From NCBI GenBank assembly GCA_964369825.1, contig CAYJHV010000001.1, positions 1 through 28,953 of the forward strand: DNA of 28,953 nucleotides, written 5' to 3'. Numbering within the stretch: the stretch's first letter is position 1; every line of letters begins with the position of its first letter. Under the pieces are notes generated by a model. It did no database searches. It worked only from the letters and a program-made list of their open reading frames with translations, and was not told the DNA's origin. Shown here in pieces: positions 1 to 6,963 of the stretch. Both the position numbers and the translations under genes were made by a program. This DNA is from an uncultured Desulfovibrionaceae bacterium (lineage in GTDB: Bacteria > Desulfobacterota > Desulfovibrionia > Desulfovibrionales > Desulfovibrionaceae).

Positions 1-55
1 ATTGACTGGCGTCAATGCTCCAAAGACCTTGCGCAATGAATTGCGCAGAGGTCTT
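1..55. repeat. Two adjacent palindromes, probably the end of a MITE/REP-like element cut by the window edge
   Basis: ATTGAC-tggc-GTCAAT at 1-16. AAGACCT-TGCGCAAT-ga-ATTGCGCA-g-AGGTCTT at 23-55 forms a 15-bp stem with one bulge. Confidence 0.5.
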
Positions 56-127
56 GAATTATAAAATTTTTACGATTTCTTATCCTTGATTTGCATATCA
101 TGCTATTATTTTCAATTTAAAAAATTT

Positions 128-228
128 GAAAATTGGTGGATAGTTGAGGAAATGGTACAAGTTTTGATTTCTTAGAAAGAATTTTTCTAGAAGAAAGACT
201 TGCCTTTTGTGCGGCAAAGCCTTATTTT
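128..228. repeat. Copy 1 of a duplicated back-to-back promoter module (copy 2 at 510-596)
   Basis: 128-167 aligns without gaps to 510-549 and shares GTACAAGTTTTGA (155-167 and 537-549). CTTGCCTTTT occurs at 199-208 and 567-576. Confidence 0.75.
200..228 (+). promoter_or_regulatory. Putative sigma70 promoter for the antisense sRNA
   Basis: TTGCCT (200-205), 17 nt, TATTTT (223-228), followed by purines at 233-235 as a plausible start site. Confidence 0.55.
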
Positions 229-247
229 AAAAGGGAGCCGTAGCTCC
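229..247 (-). terminator. Possible intrinsic terminator of the small-peptide mRNA
   Basis: The minus strand reads GGAGC-TACG-GCTCC-CTTTT: a 5-bp GC-rich stem and a short U run. Confidence 0.4.
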
Positions 248-365
248 TGTTGACGCAGAAACTACGACCGGCAAGGTGGTTAGCACCCCCTTATTGTGTG
301 ATTGCTACAACGTAAATCAATTTTTATGACCCGTATCAGCTACATTCTGATACGGGTCAACTTTT
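234..365 (+). ncRNA. Putative type I antitoxin sRNA (~130 nt), convergent with the peptide gene and antisense to its 3' UTR
   Basis: Bounded by a -35/-10 pair and a perfect 13-bp hairpin plus ACTTTT. Internal stems at 239-266 and 275-287. No credible ORF. Function is inferred from the layout. Confidence 0.6.
327..365 (+). terminator. Perfect 13-bp hairpin, probable terminator of the sRNA
   Basis: TGACCCGTATCAG (327-339), loop ctacatt, CTGATACGGGTCA (347-359), then ACTTTT on the plus strand. There is no U tract after it on the minus strand. Confidence 0.7.
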
Positions 366-435
366 AATAAGCTTTAGTAGCTATTAAAAGAACGAGCATC
401 AGACCGATAACGGTTGCATAAAATAGCTTCCGCAT
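364..435 (-). CDS. 23-aa hydrophobic peptide, putative Ibs-like type I toxin
   Basis: Manual translation gives MRKLFYATVIGLMLVLLIATKAY*. SD AAAGGAGGG (452-444) lies 8 nt before the ATG. The basic N-terminus, single hydrophobic helix and terminal AY resemble E. coli Ibs peptides. It is too short for the ORF track. Confidence 0.75.
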   Translation of the reverse strand: MRKLFYATVIGLMLVLLIATKAY

Positions 436-509
436 GGCTTATACCCTCCTTTCTCGACTTAGCGAGTCTCTACACCTTGCCGATGCATCAAAGAAGGGCA
501 ATCACACAA

Positions 510-596
510 GAAAATTGTAGGCTATTTGAGAAGGGAGTACAAGTTTTGAATTTTTAAAAAGAAAACCTTGCCTTTTACAGTACAATGCTCTGCTTT
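510..596. repeat. Copy 2 of the duplicated back-to-back promoter module
   Basis: Imperfect direct repeat of 128-228. It lacks a ~16-bp internal duplication present in copy 1. Confidence 0.7.
514..542 (-). promoter_or_regulatory. Sigma70 promoter for the small-peptide mRNA
   Basis: Minus strand TTGTAC (542-537), 17 nt, TACAAT (519-514). Predicted start near 507-508, giving a leader of about 72 nt. Confidence 0.65.
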
Positions 597-622
597 GTTC
601 TTCGTTGTACCGCATTATTTTA

Positions 623-651
623 ATGACAAATATAAGTAGAAGGAGTATGCT
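623..651 (+). promoter_or_regulatory. Possible sigma70 promoter for the M23 peptidase-folK-xerD run
   Basis: ATGACA (623-628), 17 nt, TATGCT (646-651). The AT-rich context makes a chance match possible. Confidence 0.35.
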
Positions 652-706
652 ACAAGTATAAAAGGTTATAATTCAACACACTCTGTTACAATATTTTAGG
701 ATTTGT

Positions 707-2017
707 ATGAAAAAGAAACGTCTGCTTCCCAAACTCATATTTTTGCTTTTCGTGGCTGTGCTTTGCTACGTCGGTTTTATTTTTTTTGAAGACAATGATG
801 GTCCAAGCGTGGTTCTTAGCCCACAAACAGGTTTTATCTCAAAACACTCTGAATTCACTCTTGAACTTAGCGATCCTTCCAAGGTTCGCTCGGTGGAAGT
901 GCTTTTGCGCCATGATAATCAAGTCATACCGGTTTTTTCACAAAATTTTGAACCGTATTCAACGGATCAGCAGGTACAATTTGACTTTAAAAATGTTCCC
1001 ATTCCGCAGGGAAGTTTTGATCTTGAGGTCAAGGCAAAGGATGCTTCATTGGGTTCTTTTGGACTTGGAAACAGTACGGTACTGAGTATTCCGGTTATGC
1101 TTGATAACACTCCACCCAAGGTGAATATTAAAAGCTCTCCTGCCACGGTGCGTCGTGGCGGAACCGGCGCTATTCGCTATCAAGTTAACGAAAATATGCT
1201 AAAAAGCGGCATACATGTGGGGGGGCATTATTTTAAGGGCTATGCTTTGGACGAAAAAAATGCCGTATGTTATTTTGCATTTCCGCACAATATGCAACTT
1301 GCAGACTTTAAGCCCATTCTTGAGGTGCGAGACCTTGCCGGAAATATAACCAATACTCCGGTACCCGGACGAGTTGCCGATAGGAAATTTAAAAATGATA
1401 CCATTAAAATCACAGATAGTTTTTTGGAGAAAGTGAGTCAAAAGCTCTTTGACCTTGCGCCCAATGCCGCCACTCCTTTGCAAAGATTTTTAATTATTAA
1501 CAGTGATATTCGTAATGCCAACACGGCTTTTTTACGAGAACTTGGGCAGAAAAGCGGTGATACCGTATATTGGTCAGGAGCTTTCAAACATTTGCCACGT
1601 TCGGCATCACGAGCAGGCTATGGAGAATATCGCTCTTACACTTATAATGGGAAAGTCATTGATAATCAATGGCATCTTGGCTATGACCTTGCGTCTGTGA
1701 AAGAAGATAAAATTCCTGCCGCCAATGATGGCAAGGTTATTTTTACAGGTAATCTTGGAATTTATGGAAATCTTGTGGTAATTGACCATGGTTATGGTCT
1801 CATGTCCTTATATTCACATCTTACAGATATCATGACCAAAGTTGACAGTGTGGTGAAAAAAGGGGATATAATCGGAACTACGGGAATTTCCGGTATGGCC
1901 TTTGGCGATCATGTGCACTTTGGGATTTTGGTTGGCGGCATTGAAGTAACGCCGCTGGAATGGCTTGATATAAATTGGATAAAAAATAATATCTTGAATA
2001 GGATAGATGGTAAATAA
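707..2017 (+). CDS. Membrane-anchored M23 family metallopeptidase (peptidoglycan DD-endopeptidase-like)
   Basis: N-terminal TM helix, and C-terminal M23 motifs HLGYD (HxxxD), YGNLVVIDHG, YSHL and HVH (HxH). Confidence 0.9.
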   Translation: MKKKRLLPKLIFLLFVAVLCYVGFIFFEDNDGPSVVLSPQTGFISKHSEFTLELSDPSKVRSVEVLLRHDNQVIPVFSQNFEPYSTDQQVQFDFKNVPIPQGSFDLEVKAKDASLGSFGLGNSTVLSIPVMLDNTPPKVNIKSSPATVRRGGTGAIRYQVNENMLKSGIHVGGHYFKGYALDEKNAVCYFAFPHNMQLADFKPILEVRDLAGNITNTPVPGRVADRKFKNDTIKITDSFLEKVSQKLFDLAPNAATPLQRFLIINSDIRNANTAFLRELGQKSGDTVYWSGAFKHLPRSASRAGYGEYRSYTYNGKVIDNQWHLGYDLASVKEDKIPAANDGKVIFTGNLGIYGNLVVIDHGYGLMSLYSHLTDIMTKVDSVVKKGDIIGTTGISGMAFGDHVHFGILVGGIEVTPLEWLDINWIKNNILNRIDGK

Positions 2018-2561
2018 AGTGGACGGTTTGTCTCATTTTCCCATAATTTCCTATGTATGTCTTGGCTCCAATGAAGGGGACAGTGCGCATATTTTGCGTC
2101 ATGCCATTGAAACTATAGATAAAGAAAATGGCTTGAGGGTACTTGCCACGTCAAAGGTTTATCGCACGGAACCTCAAGGCTTAAAAGAGCAAAATTGGTT
2201 TCATAATCAGATTATAAGTATTGCTTGCGCTGATTTTTGGACGGCAGAATATTTACTGAATTTTTTGCTGAAAGTGGAGAAAATGCATGGAAGAGTACGA
2301 GGAGAAGTGCAAGATGCGCCACGCACCTTGGATTTGGACCTCTTACTTTTTGGACAGGAAGTGATCACTCATCCGCAGTGTACCCTGCCTCATGCTCGTA
2401 TGTTTTTGAGGGCATTTGTGCTTATACCTTTGCGAGAAATCATTGCACAAGATGCGCTTGATTTTTTACAAAGTGGACATGCGACAAGTAATGATTATAT
2501 TGATAGTCGCTTGCTAAGATTGGCGTATATAGTACGGGACGATAAAATTTTTCAGCGTTAA
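2007..2561 (+). CDS. folK: 2-amino-4-hydroxy-6-hydroxymethyldihydropteridine diphosphokinase
   Basis: LGSNxG, YRTEP, PRTLDLDLL and LPH..MFLRAFVLIPL motifs. Confidence 0.95.
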   Translation: MVNKVDGLSHFPIISYVCLGSNEGDSAHILRHAIETIDKENGLRVLATSKVYRTEPQGLKEQNWFHNQIISIACADFWTAEYLLNFLLKVEKMHGRVRGEVQDAPRTLDLDLLLFGQEVITHPQCTLPHARMFLRAFVLIPLREIIAQDALDFLQSGHATSNDYIDSRLLRLAYIVRDDKIFQR

Positions 2562-2570
2562 GGAGTTTTT

Positions 2571-2879
2571 ATGATAAAATGGATATTAATAATTTTGTCA
2601 ATTTACATTTTGTACAGGCTTTTTGCCAATGACATAAAAAAGAAATTGGCAAAAGAAAATGCCGACAATAATACTGAACAAAAAATTGCCAGCGGAGAAA
2701 TGGTTAAAGATCCGGAATGTGGCACGTATATAGATAAAGAAAGCAGTATTACCGTGCGCAATGGGGAAACTGTACATCGTTTTTGCAGCTATGAATGTCG
2801 AGATGCTTTTCTGGAAAAAGTTAATAATGGCGGACGAGTTTTAGAAGATAGTACCACATCTTCCGATTCCGACGATTAA
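2571..2879 (+). CDS. Small membrane-anchored YHS/TRASH metal-binding domain protein
   Basis: N-terminal TM helix, DPECGTYI...FCSYECRDAF motif, and SD AAGGAG upstream. Confidence 0.85.
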   Translation: MIKWILIILSIYILYRLFANDIKKKLAKENADNNTEQKIASGEMVKDPECGTYIDKESSITVRNGETVHRFCSYECRDAFLEKVNNGGRVLEDSTTSSDSDD

Positions 2880-2888
2880 TGTACCCAT

Positions 2889-3863
2889 ATGACAGCTTCT
2901 TCTTCCGGTGATGCCATTTTCTGGGCAGAACATGTGGATCAATGGCTTGATATGTTGCTTGCAGAGCGTGGGCTTTCTCCGCATACTGCCGCTGCTTACG
3001 GGCAGGATTTGAAAAATTTTTTGCTATTTTTAGAGGAAAGTGCTCAAGAAAATCGGCGGGAATTTCAGGAAGAAGAGCTTTTTTTGTTTTTGGCATGGCT
3101 GCGTGGGCGAGGGCACAGTGGGCGAACCCTTGCACGCCATCTTTCCAGCTTACGAGGTTTTTTCACGTATTTGGTGGAAGAAAATATTTTTCGTAAAAAT
3201 CCTGCAAAACTTTTGGACAGTCCCAAATTACCGGCACTTTTGCCGCATTTCTTAAGTCAAGAAGATATGCAAAAATTGCTTGCCAAACCTTGTTTACGAG
3301 AAAGGGCAGGGCAGAGGGATCGTTGCATTTTAGAACTACTTTATGCCTCGGGCTTACGTGTTACAGAGTTATGCCAATTGAGATTAAGAGATATTGACAG
3401 TCAAAGGCGTATTTTACGCATTTTTGGCAAGGGTTCCAAGGAGCGTTTGGTGCCCATGCACGAAAATGCCATGTGCTTTTTGGATGGCTACCTCCAAGAA
3501 TGGCGCAAGTTATTTGATCCTAAGGAAGATTTTGTTTTTGTTAATCGTTCCGGTCGAGGACTTACTCGTCAATATATTAGGAAATTAGTAAAAAAATATG
3601 CCTTGGAAGCCGGTATAGCGCAAAATATTTCCCCACATACTTTTCGTCATTCCTTTGCTACCCACCTTTTGGAAGGAGGTGCTGATTTGCGCTCGGTGCA
3701 AATGCTCTTGGGGCACAGCGATATCAGCGCCACAGAAATTTACACTCATGTGCAAATGCGCCGTCTGCAAGAAATACATCAGCGTTATCACCCAAGAAAT
3801 ATGAGCACGGCAAATAGTGCACAGCAAAATAATTATCAAGAATATACGGACCATGAGGCATAA
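2889..3863 (+). CDS. xerD: Site-specific tyrosine recombinase XerD
   Basis: LELLYASGLRVTEL, GKGSKERLVP and HTFRHSFATHLLEGGADLRSVQMLLGHSDISATEIYTHV. The C-terminal HQRYHPR is XerD-type. Confidence 0.92.
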   Translation: MTASSSGDAIFWAEHVDQWLDMLLAERGLSPHTAAAYGQDLKNFLLFLEESAQENRREFQEEELFLFLAWLRGRGHSGRTLARHLSSLRGFFTYLVEENIFRKNPAKLLDSPKLPALLPHFLSQEDMQKLLAKPCLRERAGQRDRCILELLYASGLRVTELCQLRLRDIDSQRRILRIFGKGSKERLVPMHENAMCFLDGYLQEWRKLFDPKEDFVFVNRSGRGLTRQYIRKLVKKYALEAGIAQNISPHTFRHSFATHLLEGGADLRSVQMLLGHSDISATEIYTHVQMRRLQEIHQRYHPRNMSTANSAQQNNYQEYTDHEA

Positions 3864-3865
3864 AT

Positions 3866-6610
3866 ATGTTTTGCGAATATAAATTGAGCCGAGAGTACTT
3901 TAAAAAACATGACGAAGATAAAAAAACTCTTATAACATGTCATAATAATGCCGATTTTGACGCCTTTGCCGCCATCATTGCCGCACAATTTCTTTATCCC
4001 GGTGCCATTTTACTTTTTCCCAGCACTCAAGAAAAGGCTTTGCAATTATTTTATAGTGAAACTGCCGTTTTTATGTACAACTTTAAAAAAACCGAAGAGA
4101 TAGAATGGGAAAACATTGAAAAATTGATCTTGGTGGACACAAGGCAAAAATCTCGCTTGCAACATATTGCGCCCTTGCTTGAGCGCAATAATGTGGAAAT
4201 TCATATTTGGGATCATCATCCCGATACCAACGACGACATCGAAGGTACTATTCAAGTTATTGAAAAAACCGGATCGGCGGTAACCTTGGTTATTCGCAGT
4301 TTAAAGGAAAAAAATATTGAAATTTCTTGTCAAGATGCTACCATTATAGGACTTGGAATTTATGCCGATACAGGTTCATTTACCTATTCCTCCACTGCAC
4401 CGGAAGATCTGGAAGCGGCGGCATGGTTACTTAAAAAAGGTATGGATGTTACTGCCATAACAGATATTGCTGCCCAAGAACTTACCAGCGCACACATTAA
4501 AGCTCTACATTCTCTCTTGGAATCTGCCACCGTTTATCACGTTAATAATATTCCTGTGGTCATTGCCGATGTTTCCATGGAGCACTATTTGGGAGATTTT
4601 GCTTATCTTGCGCATAAACTCATGGAGATGGAACGATTTTCGGTGCTTTTTGCTTTGGGACGTATGGGTGACCGTATTACCGTTGTGGCACGAAGCCGGC
4701 GAGAAGACATTAATGTGGGCATGGTTTGTAAAAAACTTGGCGGCGGCGGACATGCTTATGCAGCCTCTGCTTCGGTTCGCCACAAAGCCATTCATGATGT
4801 GCGAGAAACGATTTTTCAAGCTCTTATCAGTCAAGCACATACGGAAAAATGCGCCGCCGATTATATGTCTTCCCCTGCTCTTGGCATTGAAGAAGGCATA
4901 AGTATTAAAGAAGCTTATGCTTTTATGGTACACTTTGATCTCAAAGCTGTGCCGGTATTCAAAAAAGGGACACGTATGTGTCTTGGTATTTTGGATGTAC
5001 ATACGGCAGGGCGTGCCGTGAATCATAAATTGCAAGAATTTGCTACTTATATGCAAAAAGATTTTGCAAGCCTGCCGCCTCATGCTAAATTATCTGAACT
5101 TATTGAGATTATAATTGAATCGCATCAGCATCTTGTGCCCATTGTACAAGATGATGTGGTTATTGGTGTGGTTACTCGTACAGATCTTGTGCAAATTTTT
5201 ATGAATGACGGAAATCCTATTCCTCAATATCAAAATACCAAACCACGTTCGCTTAAAAAACTTTTACGAGAGCGTCTACCCAAACATATTTATGAATTAC
5301 TGACCCTTGCCGGTGCCATAGCAGATTCTATGCATATTACGGCTTATGTTGTGGGCGGCTTTGTACGAGATATTTTGCTCGAATACAAAAACTTTGACAT
5401 AGATATTGTGGTGGAAGGTAATGGTATAGCCTATGCTCGAGAGCTGGCAAAGCAGCTTAACGGGCGTATGCGTGTGCATCAAAAATTTCAAACGGCACTT
5501 GTTATCATTGCAGCAGAAAATGGCAAGGAAGTTCGTGTAGATATAACAACAGCTCGTTTGGAGTATTATAAATATCCCGCTGCCATTCCCACCATGGAAA
5601 TTTCTTCCATTAAATTGGATTTATTCCGCAGAGATTTTACCATCAATACCTTAGGTGTACAGCTTGGAAAAAATGTTTTTGGTGAATTGGTAGACTTTTT
5701 TGGTGGGCAAAGAGATATTCATGACAAACGTATACGAGTTTTGCACACGCTCAGTTTTGTAGAAGACCCTTCACGTTGCCTGAGGGCGGTACGCTTTGAG
5801 CAACGTTATGATTTCAAGCTCGGGCCTATAACCGAACAGCTTATTAAAAATGCGCTGAGCTTAAAACTTATGGACAAATTATTGGGAGCACGCCTTTATC
5901 ATGAACTACGTAATATTTTTGATGAAACAAATCCCATCCTCGTATTGCAACGCTTAAATTCACTTCATATCTTAAAAGCCATACATCCCAAGCTGGAACT
6001 GAGTCCAAACAAAGTAAAATTTTTCACCTCCTTAAAAAATATGCTTGATTGGTATAATCTTCTATATTTTACAGATAGACCTAAAATATGGGTTTTGTAC
6101 GTGCTTGGTTTCTGTCATCGACTTAATTACAAACAAAGTGCCGAAATTTTACGTCGTTTTGGTATTGCAAAAGTTCAACAGGATGAAATTTTACTTTTAC
6201 GGGAATCAATACGAAGTTTACGTCCTCAAATTAAATCGTGGCTCAGTGGAACTAAGAAAATCAGTGTTTTATGTACCTTACTTGCCAATGCATCCATCGA
6301 TGCTTTGCTTTTTATGATGGCACGCAGTCCCGCTGATGATTTGCGAAAAGTTCTTTCACGTTATATCACCACTTGGCGTCATGAAAAAATTGATATTTCC
6401 GGTAAAGATTTGTTGAGCGAAGAATTTTCTCAGTTAAGTAAATATAGACTTGCCCCCGGTCCCATGCTTGGTCAAATACTACAGGGAGTTAAAGATGCTA
6501 AATTAGACGGGCTTGCCTCAAATCGTGACAGTCAACTTAAGCTTGCCAAAAAGTTACACCTCAAGCTTGTCAAAAAATCTTTAAAAAATGAAAATCAAAA
6601 GAAGTCTTGA
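3866..6610 (+). CDS. DHH/DHHA1-CBS-CBS-tRNA nucleotidyltransferase fusion (A-adding or CCA-adding enzyme)
   Basis: DHH motifs (HNNADFD, WDHH, YADTG, GGGGH), a CBS pair, then class II nucleotidyltransferase motifs VGGFVRD, DIDIV, RRDFTIN and EDPSR. Confidence 0.9.
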   Translation: MFCEYKLSREYFKKHDEDKKTLITCHNNADFDAFAAIIAAQFLYPGAILLFPSTQEKALQLFYSETAVFMYNFKKTEEIEWENIEKLILVDTRQKSRLQHIAPLLERNNVEIHIWDHHPDTNDDIEGTIQVIEKTGSAVTLVIRSLKEKNIEISCQDATIIGLGIYADTGSFTYSSTAPEDLEAAAWLLKKGMDVTAITDIAAQELTSAHIKALHSLLESATVYHVNNIPVVIADVSMEHYLGDFAYLAHKLMEMERFSVLFALGRMGDRITVVARSRREDINVGMVCKKLGGGGHAYAASASVRHKAIHDVRETIFQALISQAHTEKCAADYMSSPALGIEEGISIKEAYAFMVHFDLKAVPVFKKGTRMCLGILDVHTAGRAVNHKLQEFATYMQKDFASLPPHAKLSELIEIIIESHQHLVPIVQDDVVIGVVTRTDLVQIFMNDGNPIPQYQNTKPRSLKKLLRERLPKHIYELLTLAGAIADSMHITAYVVGGFVRDILLEYKNFDIDIVVEGNGIAYARELAKQLNGRMRVHQKFQTALVIIAAENGKEVRVDITTARLEYYKYPAAIPTMEISSIKLDLFRRDFTINTLGVQLGKNVFGELVDFFGGQRDIHDKRIRVLHTLSFVEDPSRCLRAVRFEQRYDFKLGPITEQLIKNALSLKLMDKLLGARLYHELRNIFDETNPILVLQRLNSLHILKAIHPKLELSPNKVKFFTSLKNMLDWYNLLYFTDRPKIWVLYVLGFCHRLNYKQSAEILRRFGIAKVQQDEILLLRESIRSLRPQIKSWLSGTKKISVLCTLLANASIDALLFMMARSPADDLRKVLSRYITTWRHEKIDISGKDLLSEEFSQLSKYRLAPGPMLGQILQGVKDAKLDGLASNRDSQLKLAKKLHLKLVKKSLKNENQKKS

Positions 6611-6682
6611 TGTATACTTTTTTTTGGGAAATTTTTTAACTGAGCCAAATTTAGTGAGTATTTACTTTTATAAAAAATTATC

Positions 6683-6709
6683 TAAAGCATTCCGGAAAAA
6701 TACCGATGA
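6683..6709 (+). promoter_or_regulatory. Putative sigma28 (FliA) promoter upstream of the chemoreceptor
   Basis: TAAA (6683-6686), 15 nt, ACCGATGA (6702-6709), against the consensus TAAA-N15-GCCGATAA. Confidence 0.5.
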
Positions 6710-6963
6710 TTTTAACAACTGGTGAGTATGTGCCGTCTTATGGATTTTGCAAAAATCAATAATGAAACTTTTTTTGATTGTGGTAAAGAAGTGCCGATTA
6801 AATAGAAATATATTATTTTATCCAAAATGCTATTTTTGTAGTTGTTTGTTATAATAATATAAAATTCTCAAAAAAGCCAGTTTTGTTACAAGTGAGAATC
6901 AAACCGGTATTTAATTCGTGCTTCCTTAAAAATAGTCGTTAAAGCAAGTGTAAGGAGAAGATT

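Noticed and set aside
2..64. Open frame LTGVNAPKTLRNELRRGLEL* as the end of an upstream gene
   Set aside because: It consists almost wholly of palindromes and has no recognisable motif. It cannot be judged without upstream sequence.
233..310. GGGAGCCGTAGCTC resembles the 5' end of a tRNA
   Set aside because: There is no D-loop GG, no GTTCRA T-loop and no acceptor-stem partner or CCA. It fits better as the start of the putative antisense sRNA.
641..661. Mini-ORF MLQV after AGGAG
   Set aside because: The SD is only 1 nt from the ATG and the ORF has 4 codons. It overlaps a candidate -10 box.
2889..3863. Tyrosine recombinase as a phage or island integrase
   Set aside because: It has clear XerD signatures and sits in a housekeeping operon. 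No att site, tRNA or cargo genes are nearby.
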